NCBI GenBank assembly: GCA_965153455.1
Contig: OZ234493.1
Location: 11,708,213 to 11,772,212, forward strand
Direction: 5' to 3'
DNA: 64,000 nt
Source: Sphagnum compactum
Taxonomy: Eukaryota
Each line of letters opens with the position of its first letter. The stretch's first letter is position 1. The translations under genes were made by a program, and so were the position numbers. Below the pieces are notes generated by a model. The model was not told the origin of the DNA. It saw only the letters and a program-made list of their open reading frames with translations, and did not search any database. This document shows positions 22,800 to 37,603 of this stretch, in pieces.

Positions 22800-25700
22800 A
22801 TTGAAAACTGATTTTTGCTCTGATCAACTGATGTTTACAAAAAGATCGCATCAAAACTCAATAGTTCATAAACCCCTAAATCATGTACACTATGGTTCCC
22901 TGAAAAAAAAAAGTCATCTAAAGACATAGTAGCTGATCACCAGTACTTCTCTTGAATGCATATCTCTTCCCTTCAACACATTTCTGGTACTTTTTGTGGC
23001 AAGGGTAGACTCTGTGATGATTAAAATTGTATCAAGTGGTTTCCTTGACTCAAGTCTGATGTAATCTGCTATCTTGAAAACATTTGAAGCACCTTCAAGC
23101 TAACTATCCAAGATCACCACCATCCTATTCACTGCAAATTTTTGCTTGGTTTAGGAAAGGTTTGCTTACCTAAATAAATAGGTCCTACTTTTTTATCTAC
23201 TTAGGTGGGTAGGTAAGTAGGTCGATTGATAGGGTAGGAGCTACCAACTTGCATACCTGTGGATCATGGTTTAGGAGTAGCATTCTTCATAAGTGAACCA
23301 CCAAACGACATGCAGGTGTCAATGCACTTATCCATCTTGACCGCCAAAAACAAACACACTCACAAAAGCAACTTTTCAAACATGATGTGAACTTCAAAGT
23401 GGGAACCAAAGACAGAGGACTTAAAAATTTTACTTGAAGAGACAAAGAGCTTGCATGATGCTTCACATTGTAAAGAGGTCCCAAAATTGATCAATTCTCA
23501 TGAAGTCTTCTGAGTCGTCACTTATAACTAACTAGTTGTAACTCTACTACTAGAGACAGATACTAAGGTGTGCACAAGGAAGAAAACTCAAAATAGATGA
23601 TCAGGTCATTCCAACTGCCAACACTTGATTGACTCAAAAGAGACATTACTTACATCTACCCATTAGTGTAGTGCAGTGCAGTGGCTGCTTCCAAAGCCAA
23701 AACACTGGCCCATTTAACAAGAACCCATTTAAGAGCAAGACAAAATTCTGAACCTATTGCAACTGCTCAGGGCTTGGTGTTCCCACAGAAACTTGTGTTT
23801 GGACTTTATTTGTTGAAATACAAGAAATTGTGGGGTAATATATCTTAAATTGCACATTGTTTTAACATTGTTTAATTTTGTGGCTGTCTTTTTTGAGGCA
23901 GTTATTATTGAGGTTTTGTTTGTATCCATATCTTTATTTATAATATTTTGAAGCAATTTAGATGAATTAAAGAAAACTTCTTGGTTTTGGTGGCAAATTT
24001 TATGCAGGATGTTTTCATGAAAAACTTGGTTTTTCAGTGAAATTTAGCCACTTTTGTAAAATCAATCTAATTTTTTTTAATAAAAAAAAACACTACTTCT
24101 CTTGAGTTTACATTTATTTGAACATGAAGCCAACACAACTACCCCTTGTCAATTCTCATCCCTAACATCAGATCCATAAGGGGATTTGGTGTGTGCACCA
24201 TAACTAGCACAATATTATGGGATACACCATACAACCAGTCAGTAATGTAGTGTAGCTGAATTGGTGATCACCCATAAGAAGATTTGGCAATTTTGGTTAT
24301 AAACAAGTCATTCATGAAAGTAAAAAATTTAGTCACCCTTCTATACTAATTGTGGAACCAAATACAGAAATCTGGCAAGTTTTATTGTGTTCTTTTCCAA
24401 AGTCTGGCAATTGAAAACACCAAAAACCACTATTTTTTTGACATTTCATATTTTGATTAATCCACCAGAAAAAGAAGCAGTGGAGAAGCAGTGGAGACAA
24501 CATGCTCTCATAAGTATTGAGACCTTGGTTTGCTACCCATAACACACAAAATGGATATATTGGAAAGCACTTGAAAAGGGATGAATCCCAAATTGGAAGT
24601 AGGTGAGTTCTGGTTGAATTCAAAATGTTGATCATGGATGTAATATGTCAATTAAAATTATAATTAGATTTATCAAAGGTTGGATAGTTGCATGAATTCA
24701 ACAAAGTCTCTTTCAGTCTCTACTATTTTAGAAAAGGGTTAATAGCAATTTATTGATCCACGTTTTGTGTGTTGTGATGGTCATGGCCTCTTATAGATAC
24801 ATTAAAATTCTTCATTCACAAGGTGCAATATATTGTTATGCCTATGTGCAAGATTATGTTTGCGAATAAAAGCATGCAAAATAAATAAGCCTGTCAGAAG
24901 CCAGCCACAAATGAAATTAATTCACTCAAAAAATGATTGTCCATATAACAAATAAGTGGGCTTGAAATGTAAATTGGATCAAAATGCATTTGGAATTTCA
25001 AATTCATTGCTATAAAAATCATGGAATTAAACATTCTAAGGAGCCTTTTTATCGTATGATATACAAATTACACACACGCCCAAGCATGACTGATTTGCCT
25101 GAAATGTAGTAGAAGACAATGGGCCTCTAGTGTTGATTTGGTGGAATTTCTTTTAGTAGTTTTTTAGTATTATTAATATAATTTTCCAAAAAGACTACTC
25201 AAAGAAACATGGGTTGCCACGAGGGTGGGAAGCTTTCTATCAATTAAGGAAACTCCAAGGCTATGTACAAGTTAAGTTAGGTTAGCTATTAAATTTTATT
25301 GTTATTTTATTTTTAATTTTTTATCAAAACCTCTAAGTAAGGTTTTGGATTTTTTTAAATAGTAAAACCTTTGATTCAGGTCAAAAACAATTTCAAACAT
25401 GGGGGGGTTATGGTGTAAGTTTTTTGACAAGGGGCTTATCCAAGTAGCAATTAGGGTTGTCAAAAAAAATGGTCATTGAAATTACAAGGTCAAGTACATG
25501 CAAAAGATTGCATTTGTGGATGAATGCATGCTGTGGTGTACACAAAAAATGGTCATAGTTTGATAGTTTTTGATACCTATGAAACTTTTGATACCTGTCA
25601 CAACACTGCAATCGAAAAAAGGACTATGAAAGACTAGATTTAATGATAGTTTATCTCTGAAATTTTGCACGTGTCAAAAGAAAACCATGGAAACAATCTT

Positions 25701-27098
25701 CATGACTAAAATTCTCAATTTCTTTTCAAGTTATGAAGTTCACATCAAATGTTTTTAAAACATTTGTTATGTTATAATAATGATGGAAATTGTTATCTTT
25801 TTAAAATGTAAAATGTTCCTCCTTTGAAGATGTAGATGGGCTGAATGTTGTTTTTACTATTTTACATAACAAGAATAAAATTTCAAAAATCAACATTCTA
25901 GTTGAATCAAAATATGATCTCAATATTGCACATGACAAATGACAACAAAATGGACTTGACAAACCTCCAAAACCACACAAATCCTAAGACAAACTTAGTT
26001 ACCAATCCTTAAAATCCAAGCACAAGTAATATTTCAAATTCCAACTTAACTAACCTAAAAATTCAAGGACTAATCCAACCTCAAAACAACACATGATTGA
26101 CCCACAAAAGAACAAAATTGGGATCCAACATATGACTCCAAGATTAAACAAAATTAGGACAAATTTTAACCTTAACTCTAACATATGACCTATGGAACAA
26201 AACCAAACATATTTCTAAGAGCCTTACACATGACAATAGATCTTACAAATGACAATAGTTCCAACACGGCACACAAAATTTACAAATGACCAAAACCCTA
26301 AACATATGACTCCAACAAGAATTTATAATGGCATCCTAGTCTTAATTGAACCTTACATTAAAAACCATAATGTTATTGTTAGGGTTTGTCCATTTCATCA
26401 TTAAAAAAATTGCAACAAATAAAAGATTAAAAAAAATCCAACAACGACACAACGACACAATGTTGAGTGTGTCTTCAATTCCAACATAGCAACACACCTT
26501 CAACTAGCATAACAAACACACCAATAATGTAACATGGTCAAAATACTTGAACAAAAAGTTGAAATAGAATGTTAATTAAAATAAAACATTGGACATTAAA
26601 AAATAGTAATAAATTCAAATCTTTACCATGGTCACATGAAATCAAAGCTTGAAATTTCTTACAACAAATATTTTTGTTTAAACATTTTCTCATGCTCTTC
26701 AATAAAAGTTGCCTTAAATGTTAGAAAATCAACCACGTCTTTAAGTTTCAAAGGTCCATCACGTTCAACATGGGTTAATTCTTAATTATGAAAATGAATC
26801 GATCTAGATTTTCAATTTTGAACCTAGATCATCTTAGATTAGTGATGATGTCCACAAAACTAAGAATGTATTTTATGTCAATATGAGATCCCACAAATGC
26901 CAAGGATTTAACAACTTAAAAAGTAAAAACAAAGGAAAATTGCACCACATAATTTGTCCATCAAACCAACAAGTTTTCAATTTCCACTAGTTGCACAAAT
27001 AGTGGTAGTAATTACAATTGTAATTCATTCTTCAAGGTGGACATGATAACATCATCATTTGATACAATCTATCAAAAAAAAATCATCTTTAATTATCA

Positions 27099-27500
27099 CT
27101 AGTGGGTGCCCGTGACCTTCGGACATTGTGAAGTCGCCTGGTTCCCCATCCATGTCCTGAAAATCATATGCCAAAATTGAGATCCCACATCCTGAAAATC
27201 ACATCCTAAAAGTTTTCAGGTTTCGGTCTTGGAAACCGCGAGTGTGAAAATCCAGGCCCCAAAGTTGAGATCCCAAGTCTTGAAAACCATGTCCTGAAAA
27301 CCATATCCTAAAATTTCCCAGGTCTTTTTGGGTCTTGGAAACCCGGAGTGCAAACTCCAGGTCTCCAAAAACTGAGGATCCCACGTCCTGAAAATCATGT
27401 CCAAAAAATTTCCAGGTTTGGGTCTTGGAAACCCACACCGTGTACGTCCCAAAACTGAAATCTCACGTCCTGAAAATCATGTCCTTAAAAATTCCATGTC
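27099..27500 (-). mobile_element. Helitron-like 3' terminus (CTAG|T with degenerate hairpin) and subterminal tandem repeats
   Basis: Minus strand ends ...AATGTCCGAAGGTCACGGGCACCCACTAG|T. Adjacent repeats GTCCTGAAAATCATGTCC and GGTCTTGGAAACC. Confidence 0.6.
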
Positions 27501-30500
27501 TAGGTTTTGAGCCTAAACATAATTAGATCACAACCTCAATGATAGGAATGAAAACCACTTTACATGAATGAAAGGCCTATTGTAAACATAAAGCCCTTCC
27601 ATAAAAGTTTTAGGGTATTGGAAGGTCTTGTAATAAACAAGAATTTTGCCTCCACAAAAGAGGGTCATGATTCAAAAATGTGCCTTTGTTGAACAATTTG
27701 TTTTTGAAACAATCCCCCTTCTTGCATGTCAATTTTCACATGATACCCATTGGGTGTCACAAACATTTTTTTTTTGTCAAAAGGGAATATATGTTATACC
27801 ATTGCCCCCATGGTTGAAAGTTACCAATAACTATTTGAATGTTTTCAACCATCTAAATGGTTGAAAGCACCCAAGTATCTATTGGTAACGTGCTTTTGAC
27901 CATGGGGGTGATGATCCAATGTAAAGACATTATATGCCTAAGCTTTACCCATGTGGGCCCTTTATATTGCTAAGGCCTCCCCCAAGCCCTACCATACACA
28001 TATGATGCCCCTTTTATTTAATACATTTTTGTAATTTCCATAAAGTGCCCTCCCAATACATTAGGAAATTTCTAGGAATGTGTTATGGTTATGAAGCATT
28101 GAGTCTCCCTTTGGTTTATTGCAAGTAATTTGAACCCCTTGGTTACTAAATTTCTTTTGTTGTCACATTTTTCAAGGGGTTGCAAGGACATGAAGTGTCC
28201 ATCACATGCACATGTGAAAGAGTGAGTGAGTGAGAAAACATTTGAGTATCATGGTCTTCAAGTTTTTCTTGCATTTTTTAAAACATTATTTTGAAATTTA
28301 ATCACAAAATATTTTTTTGTAATTGATTGATCTAAAAGATTAAACATTTTGAAAGGATCAAATGATTAAGTCGTCAAGGAAGATTGGATTTTTTTGTTTC
28401 CACTATTAACGAAAGGAGGGTTGTATGTTCACTCCATGTTGTGCATGTTTGACAAAAATCTCCAAAAATTTATGACATGCATTATTTTGGGGCGTGACCC
28501 AAAAATTGCATGTCACATGTAGTAATTTTCATTAACAACTTTGACATTAATCATTTTTATTTTATTTTCCAAAAATTTGGAAAACTGTCACTCCATTGTG
28601 TCAAAAAATTAAAAAATTACCTAAAACAAAAGTCATGCACTTTTTAATGTATGTCCAGAATGTATGTCCAAGGTTGTTGAATTTCAAATTTTTCAAGTGA
28701 TACCTATCTTCATTAAATAAAAGGCATAAATCTTTTTTGTAATCCATTGCTTAAATTGAAAGGAAAGTCAAAATGAACCATTTTATATAATCTAGTTTTC
28801 TTTAGCAATTGAATATCATTGACGTTCTTTGATAATCCAACATACTTGTTAATGAATCTTGATTATTATTAAGTAGAATACATGTCCCATTATATTACAC
28901 TCCCTAATTTTGATATAGCTTGTATTAATGGAATGAATTTCTTTTCAATTTTTTAATGGAACAACTTCTACATAGCCTAGAAATAATTTGGTTTTGGCAC
29001 ATGAGGTGTGTGTAAGTTGTGGGCTCCATGACAATCTTAAGAGTAAAACTTCATAGCAACATAGATGTTCATGATTGTAAATTTTATGTGTGACCTAAAT
29101 GCAAACTTGAACTAATAAAATGCTACCATGCTAATGTTGGTAGTTGCAATTGTGTTACAACAAACAACCACAAGTCTATGATGATGGAACTATGCAAAGT
29201 TGAAATGGAAAACATTGTTATGTAACAATTCAAAACAAGGAAGAATGTTACTCAAATGTGGCTAGTAAATTTTATGAAAAAATGCGCCTTCCAAGGGGTG
29301 TAAACCCTAATCCATTGAAGGATTCTCCCCAATTGGAGTGGAAGGAGGACCTACACAAAACAAGCAACATTAGTACAAGTAAACAACTTATGAAAACCCA
29401 AAGTCTACATCGAAATAAAAATTTTAAAAGGCAAAAAAATCAATACAAAAAACATACATACACAACAATTCATGATTAGAAACTTATATATTTCATTATG
29501 GGAAGGATCATCCAAAAGGGGGATGAAATTTGGAATTTCAACACAAGCATCATCATCTTCAATGTCCAAAATCTCCTCCCTCATATCATTTGCATCAACA
29601 GAAGTTACTTCTTCCTCATAATTAAAAACCTCTGCATCCTTCTCTTTGGTATTTCCTACATCAACAAAAAATGTTTCTTGTTTATGGCACATTATCTCAA
29701 CCACTTCGTTTAAAAGACAATATCTACATATAACTGAAACAAAGGTAAAATAAAAATATATATTAACAATATTTTGCAACACAAATATAGTGTCAAGAAG
29801 AAGCATGCACTTCCATATGGAAGTAACTCTATTGTGGTCCATGCCACTTGATTGTAATGGGATAACCCACATGATGTAGTTGGAAAAAGTTGATCCAGTC
29901 TACGCATATCTAAAAGCATAGCAAGGAACAATGACCCAAGATGCTTGTGCATTTTATATTTTGCCCATGTGTATGCATGTTCTATGACATTGGTTCGTAA
30001 CAAAGGTACACGATTCCTTAGAGTTACAACCCCATATTTGATGTGTTCCAATTTTTCTACATTTTTTCCCTCTACAATAACATTACTTTCAACAAACCGA
30101 AAATGAAATTCACATCAATCTTTTAAACAATAGCTCAACATCCCCACATAAGTATGTAGACCTTGTTGTTTAAGGCTTTTGCGATGAACAAATCGTTCAA
30201 CCATGGCATCCTTATTGCATGCCAATGTAACTTTCAACACCTTATATGCAACAATATTAGTTTTAAACATATAAACCATATGTAAATGCAAATGAAACAA
30301 ACTTACACCCCATTCCAACAAGCATAGCCCAAACATGCATTTTTCTTGCAAAAAATGATCCATGAACATCAAGCATGAAGGATCAATATTGGAACCTACA
30401 ATGTCACATAATGATAGACACTTCAAAATATTTCAAAGTATCTTGTGTACACTTGAACATTGTAGCTTTGCAAATCAAAGCCCTCATTTAAAATATTTTC

Positions 30501-33500
30501 CCCATGGAAACACGATAAATTAATCATCCCTCCTCTTTCTAACCAATTGTAACTTTGAGCTAGTGCCACTTGTTAAGAACATTGTATCTATTGAACCTTC
30601 ATTTTTTGTTGTTATGTCCTTGTGTGTGAACTTTAACCCCCAAAGGAAAAAAATTTAAATGGAAAATTGAATGTCCATTATCCAAGTGGACAATAAACAA
30701 AAGACAATCCACTTTTCACATCAAACACAATTTGAAACTCCCCCCCCCCCTTACCCCCCACCCACAAGAAAAAAAAGGAAGCCCTTTCATTCCATGACAC
30801 CTTCTCATTGGTTGCATGGAAATTTTATTGTTAAAATTAACTACCACCATTTTTGGCATGGACTGATAGCCTTTCCTAAGAACAACCTATTTGCATCTAC
30901 TTCAAAACAATAACCTACAAAAACCCAAAATCTACACCCAAATTCCTTATCATATTTAAATTACATACAACAACAAAATGCAAGAGAACAAATGCACATT
31001 AGGATGTGATGAATCAAATTGTTGGAAAATAATCCAACTTGACTCAATATTTCCCCCAATCCAAAATGCCCTATAATAGGGGCATAGATATTGCAAAATC
31101 TAGTACAAAAAGCCATGGATCCATAATTTTCAAAAACATAGATTTGTGCCTTAAAAAACTAACAACATATAAAATATTATTGGTGCCATATCTCTGGCCA
31201 TAATTCATTAATATCCATAATGTAGCTTTTCTTTCCTTCACTCTCGAAATATTGTGTAAAAACGTTACACAAACATTCTAACCACGAAGTCCAATGGATA
31301 ACTAATCAATTACAGAGCTTTGATTTTATGAAGTTGATTATGAAAAAAGGGTCCTATCATCCTCCACACTTCCTAGGACCATGATAATGGTTAGCTTCAC
31401 AACTATTAGAACCTTATTTGATTAGTGTAACATTCACCTACTACATGTTTGGGTTTAGCACACTTACATTTCCTTCTTCCACCATGCATATGGAACCAAT
31501 CCAATTTTAGCACCAACAACTTTTTTCTTATGTTCAACAGTAATGTAAATCTTGCTAAGTCTATTGTTATCATCCTTCATTGGCTATTAGTGTGGTGTTC
31601 AATAATTTCTTGATTCTTGGCTCCAACAAAGCCCATAGCATGATCAAAACGCCCCAACAATTAACTTAAAATAAGTCTACCTTAGAATCTACAAAGGTTT
31701 GTAAAAACCAAAATGGAATTTTCACAAAGCTTTCCAAATGTAAAAAGAGAAAAAAGGATTCTAGTGATAGAATTAGGGCTGACAAGCCTTTTGAAACAGA
31801 TGTGCATGCACAACTTTATTCAAGGACTAAAGGCAAATATTTTAAAAGTAGATACACATCTACAAAAACCTTCCATTTAACTAGCAACAAGACAACATTT
31901 GGTATGATTCTACCACTGAAGTGTTAATCTATTTGAAAGCATTAGATGGAGGAAAAATGCAAGCATAATTGTCTAGATTTAAACCATCTTCATTAGGCAT
32001 TTGTACATCCCTTATGAAAAGAATAACTGCATCTTTGTTTTTCTTTAAACTAACCTTGATCCATAGGATATGTTTGTGCTTGAAATTGTTGCACTATGTG
32101 TAGGTCTATAGTAATCGCTTAAATTTTGCTTTTGGTTTGCAAATTGTACTTTGTGTTGGTCTATAGTGACAAGTGAAGATCTTCTTTTAGGATTGAAGAC
32201 TTGCCTTTTGTGTACGTTTATATTGACATGTTCTAGAAATGAAACCAATGATTTCTAGTGCTTATATAACTTGGATGGAAATTAACATGATTAAAAACAA
32301 AGCATTTGAGACCAAATAACAAGAAACAATGCACAACACATTAACAAGGGGATTGTGAAAATTAAAAGACACCAAATGCATATCAAAGTATTAAATTGCG
32401 GGCACCAAATTGCAATGTTTCAATTGTTGAAAGCAATGTTGAGAAAGGTCATTGTGAGATAACAAGATATAATGGGAAATTTTAAATGCATGTGAATATG
32501 TATGAACAAGAGAAAAACATTATAATAATTATGTGAGGAACATTGGATCTTTATAATCCAACTTTGAAACCTTGATGGTTGGAAAAGGAAGATTTGTTTC
32601 AAGCAAAGGATCAACTATTTCCCAAATCACCAAGGGTTAAATTTTGTTTCAAAAACACCTTTTAAAACCTACAAATGGCATAAGTTACTTTAAGTGTCAA
32701 CTTCTACATACCATAAACATAAATAATAAATGATGGTTGTTGTTCACTACTTCAAGGGCATTTTAATTCATGTGCACCTATTATAGCCACAACCATAAAA
32801 CAATTATCAAATGAAGCATTGATTGTGCAAACTCATTGTTTTCATCAAACCTTTTAACAAGTTTTCAACTTCACTTGCAACCACTTACAATCAATTATAA
32901 TATATACATGTCCAAAAAAATTTGTTTAGAAATTTTCACAACAATAATGACATGTTCTACACATTGAAAATAACTCACTACCTTTTGACATTTAAATTGC
33001 TAAGGAATATATGGACATATGGTTTCCAAACAATGTGAGCTACATGTTTAACAAACTAAAACATACAAGTGTGTTGAAAAAGGCACTAACAACTTACCTT
33101 AACATAATTCACATCCATATTTTAGTGGTTTGAAATCAACTTCAATATTTTTAGAAATATTGCAACAATGGAATCTAAATGTACACCCATTGTTTTGATA
33201 TGGAACTAAAAATTGTTAACTAGGTAGAGCTACAAACCACACAAATAACAAGCTACAAAGATTAAATTTCTTGAATGAAAAAATAATAATATTGCAATGG
33301 TGCAATGGAGTCCAAGTACCTATATTTATATTGCTAGAATTATATTTTGTTAAAAAAAATTTGCAAATCAAGGTGTGCACAAAGGGAAGACAATACAATT
33401 TAATGTTATGACAAGGGGTTAGCATGTTTTGATGGAGATGTGACCATCACAAGGCAATGGAATTAAGTCATGTCCAACAAACCTTACAAACCCTAAAACA

Positions 33501-34949
33501 TAACATTGCATTTCTTGTTTTTTTTCCTTTTGTAAGATTTGCTTAAGATTGTTGAATTTTTCCTTTTGGCAAATTTTCACACATAAAAATATATTAATTG
33601 GAATACTTAATTCCATAATATAAGGAAACAAACATTTAATTATTTTGTGCACAAAATAGAACATGCACCAATCACTTGATCCCAAACATTACATCTTGCA
33701 TGTTTTTATTTACATTTATAACCTTTTAAATATAATCACAAATTACTAAGTTTCTTTTGTGTTTTTTTGATGGGTGAGGTCAATGTATGCCCCAAAAAAA
33801 TCCAAGTTCAAGGAACATGCATGTTGAAATTTTCTTGATTTTAGGATGTGTGGTAAGGTAAGACCATTTAGTGAAATGCTCGAGTGGAATATAACAATAA
33901 AAAAATGAAAACTTAAAACTAGTTTATTGAATGATGTTAAGATGCCAAAAGAAAGAATTGTACTAGGATATTGCAAAGAAAAGAAGATAGGAACAAAACT
34001 TTGGAATCCCATAAATTCAAGCACTTCAAACAAAAGTTTTGTAATGCATAAAACTTAAATTGGTTTCTATCAAAAATAGTGGTAAGTAGTGAAAGATATT
34101 TGTAGATTTCAAAATTCTAAATGATTTTAGAATTTCATTTCTTTTACCTTAAATTAATTCAATATCTTTCATTCTTTGAAGAATCAAAATTAAGTAGTTT
34201 CAAACATGGGTGAAGGAACAAACATTTAGTGGAAAAAAAAAAGGATTTGGTCATAAAAATTGACATTTCTAGTGCTTCTCCCTTTTCTTTTTTGTGTCTT
34301 TGGTTATTGACAACCTAATTTTTGAAAACAATAACCTCCCAAGATTTTCAACACATGTATTGTATTAGAAAAAAACTCATAGAAACCAAACTCTCCTTGA
34401 ACCATGATGGTTTTAAGGTTTAGGGTTTTAGGGTTTATGCCATGTATCTTGTGCATTTGTTCCGATGTGCCCTAGCATGTATCTTGTAACTTGTGTATCT
34501 CACTATTCTTTATGTGCTTTAGCTTAAGTGTGATTAAGAACACTAGAAAAGAGCATACCTCCCTCCAAACCTAGTTAGAGTCTAGCAACCGTTTTGAATA
34601 GAGTATCTTCCAATATGGTGCCTAATTGACCTATAAATATGATATTGTATTACGATAGATATATTGAATTTTGTCATTGATGGATGATAAGAATTTATTT
34701 TGATTTTAAAAACTTGTCATAAATTTTCTATTGTGTTTGTAGATGTGTTCACATTTTAAATTATCAAATTTGGCACGCGTTCCCTTTTTTTTCATTAGTC
34801 ATATTGGCCTTTAGGACAAATGACATAATTAATTAATTAATTATTTTTGAGGTGCAAAAACAACCCAGCTCCCATCTTGTTGTAAGCTCCCATCTTATTT
34901 CAGGAATGCCCTCATCTGGTGGGTTTTTAAAAGTAAAATTTGATCAACT

Positions 34950-34951
<2 letters not shown>

Positions 34952-34989
<38 letters not shown>
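34952..34989. repeat. (GT)19 microsatellite
   Basis: Read directly. Confidence 0.95.
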
Positions 34990-34994
<5 letters not shown>

Positions 34995-37603
34995 CAAAAT
35001 TGCTAAAATCAAATGTTTTCTTGAAAATTTCCCCCCTTGAGGTTTTTGCCCTACACTACTCAACCAAGTTTCAAAGGTTACTTGGGCACACAACCCCAAA
35101 CTAATGAAGGCAGTAGGCAGCACCCCCTTGGCTAGACCTAATCATTTCTCACTGTCCAAAGTCACACACGTGTACATACACGAGAATCATACAAAGACAC
35201 GAGAGAATCATACCCACTAAGTTCCCCAACAGGTTCCCCAAGTTCCCAATCTGTTCCCCAACCTGTTCTCCATAGCACCTCACTTTCTTTATGGGTACCA
35301 GCTAACTTTAGAGAATATTAAAAAAAGAATTTGAGTTTAAATTAGAAATTTCTTTCTTTGGGGGTTTTGGGGCGGGGAGGGCATGGGATCTAGATTGTGA
35401 AAAGAAAGAATAAAAGAATGGGGTTTGAGTAAAAGAATGGACCATTGCGTCCGCCATAGCCACGACCTTCGACGATGCTATATTGTGTGTTCCAGCTCCA
35501 GCGTCGTTGTCGTCGTTTCCTCCCGAGTCCTGCTGAGTTTATTCGCACGCTATCTTGCGCGATTGGATCTGCAGAGGTATATAATCGTGGATCCTGCTGT
35601 TCTTCTGCTTCTTTTTGAGCTCTTTCGAGTGGCTATTACTGCTGCGAGACAATTGATTGACTCCTCTGGAGTGGAAGGAGTGGCGTCTTCTTGGTGGCAT
35701 CGTCGTGATCGATTTTCTGTGGCGGCGGGCCCTAAGGAAGAATTTTTTCGTCTCTTTTCTGCAGGAAGGAAACGAAACAAGCAAGCAAGCAAGGAAGCTC
35801 GTGCGGATCAGTTTCTCAGGTTATTTTTCTTTTTTTCTCCAACCATGTGTTTCTTTTGCGGCCGCACTTTCTGTCTAGCGTCTTTGTGGCGCTCTTGCTT
35901 TTCAGTGCGGCAGTGGCTCGGAAATCGGGGAATGTTGATGACTGCTCGTGCGATTGTTTGGCTTATAGAACTGAAATCTGTTGTCGTATCTCGGCTCAGA
36001 CCAAATGATTCCCCTCTAGCCTGTTTTTTGGACTTTTCTGAAACTCTTTCGGGGAAACAGGTTGTGGAAGCTTTTGCTCTGATATGCTGTATGTATGACA
36101 TGTCGCACTGTCCTTGACAACTGAGTCGTCCGGTGAGGTGTGGATCGGAAGCCAATACGCCTTGATTTATTTTTATGTCTTTAGCATGTATTTTGTATAT
36201 CCAGTTCTTCTGCACTGAGCATTGTTGCATTCCATATAGGCATTCGAATCTGTTCTCTGTTTTCTGTTTGGAGATTTTGGCTGCTGATCGTATCGGCTAT
36301 TGTACCGAGTCTCTGGCAGAGATTCAAGTATGTGCTTTTGCTTGAATCCTGTAATCAGTTCACAACTCTGTCTTTTAGAGACATGGCTGATCCAATGGGA
36401 CATCCATTGTAGGAAGAAGAAGATTATCTTTGTTTAAGGAGCTGGCCTTTCAGCTTTTTCTCTTCATTCTTCCTTTAGAAGTGCTGTAGCTGCTGCTTAT
36501 AAGGTGGTGTGATTTCAACATCAGTTGGTATGGACAATGATGAGGAAGTGCCTCCATGCTTTGTAATCCTTTTGATTCTCAAGAAAAAAGATGGTCTGTA
36601 TAGAACATGGGAATTGTTGAGAGGCTGAGACCTGCCTGCAGCTCACTCTGCAGTCATATTCCATCTGATGCTAGTCAATCTTGTATCCAATATTGTCTCT
36701 GTAATTTTGCAAAACTGGTGGAGTAGATTCAAGGGCAATTGTTTGCATCCCTCTACTTTCCCTTCCTCATGTAATGTAATGTCAAGCGCACAAAGTTAGG
36801 TTGGATTTGTAGTACCATTTCCTTCAGACCATCTGTCAGCATTTGAAGCTTACATTGCCACTCAGTCAAAAGATTTGCTACTGGGGAAGACTGGATTTCG
36901 TTCATTTGCAGAGGACTGGTGTTAGGGCAGAAGATATCATCTTTCTGAGCTTGTTTTTTGTTCATGCAGCAGTGGAGGGTTGTCAGAAGAAGATAACAGA
37001 TAGGGGGAAAGGGAGAATTGCGAATGAGGGGCCTATCTTTCTGGTGTTCACTCTGCTGCCTGTGCCTGTGCTTCCTGTGCTGTCGACCTCGTCGGCGCAG
37101 GCAAATGGTTTCTTCCTCGGGTCTATACTGAGATCACTCTCTGCCTTGGAGGTATGGTTATTCTCTGGACCACATAAGAGCTCTTACAAAAGTGTTTCTC
37201 AGGATGATTTGGACATACATGTCCTGATAGAATGGTTCATGATGGCAGAGGAACTTAGTGGGCCTGCCACCCCTGATCATGAGCACCTATTCAAATTAGA
37301 GACTCCAATGCTTGTCAATGATACTACTCTACCTCCAGCTTAAACTTGTTGGTAGGCTAACATTCTTGAGAAGGATATCTCAATATCTATGTAATGGGAT
37401 TGCAGGATTGGGAGGAGATTATGAATTTGAAATTCTTGGGTTTCTGCTGCCAGTATTGAGCAGCTAGCTATCTATATTTTCTTTAACCTGTCAATAATGC
37501 TCACTCTTGGGGTAATGATGGAACTCAATGTGCTTGTGCAGAGTCAATATTGATGCCGGATGTTGCAATTTGAAAGGTGCAGATACTTTTGAGAAAGAAA
37601 GGA

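Noticed and set aside
28900-33200. Possible decayed transposon coding sequence
   Set aside because: Too degenerate to assign a family from motifs.
35425-36117. 230-aa plus-strand ORF
   Set aside because: Starts at TTG and crosses apparent 5'UTR exon/intron sequence of the AT5G45310-like gene.
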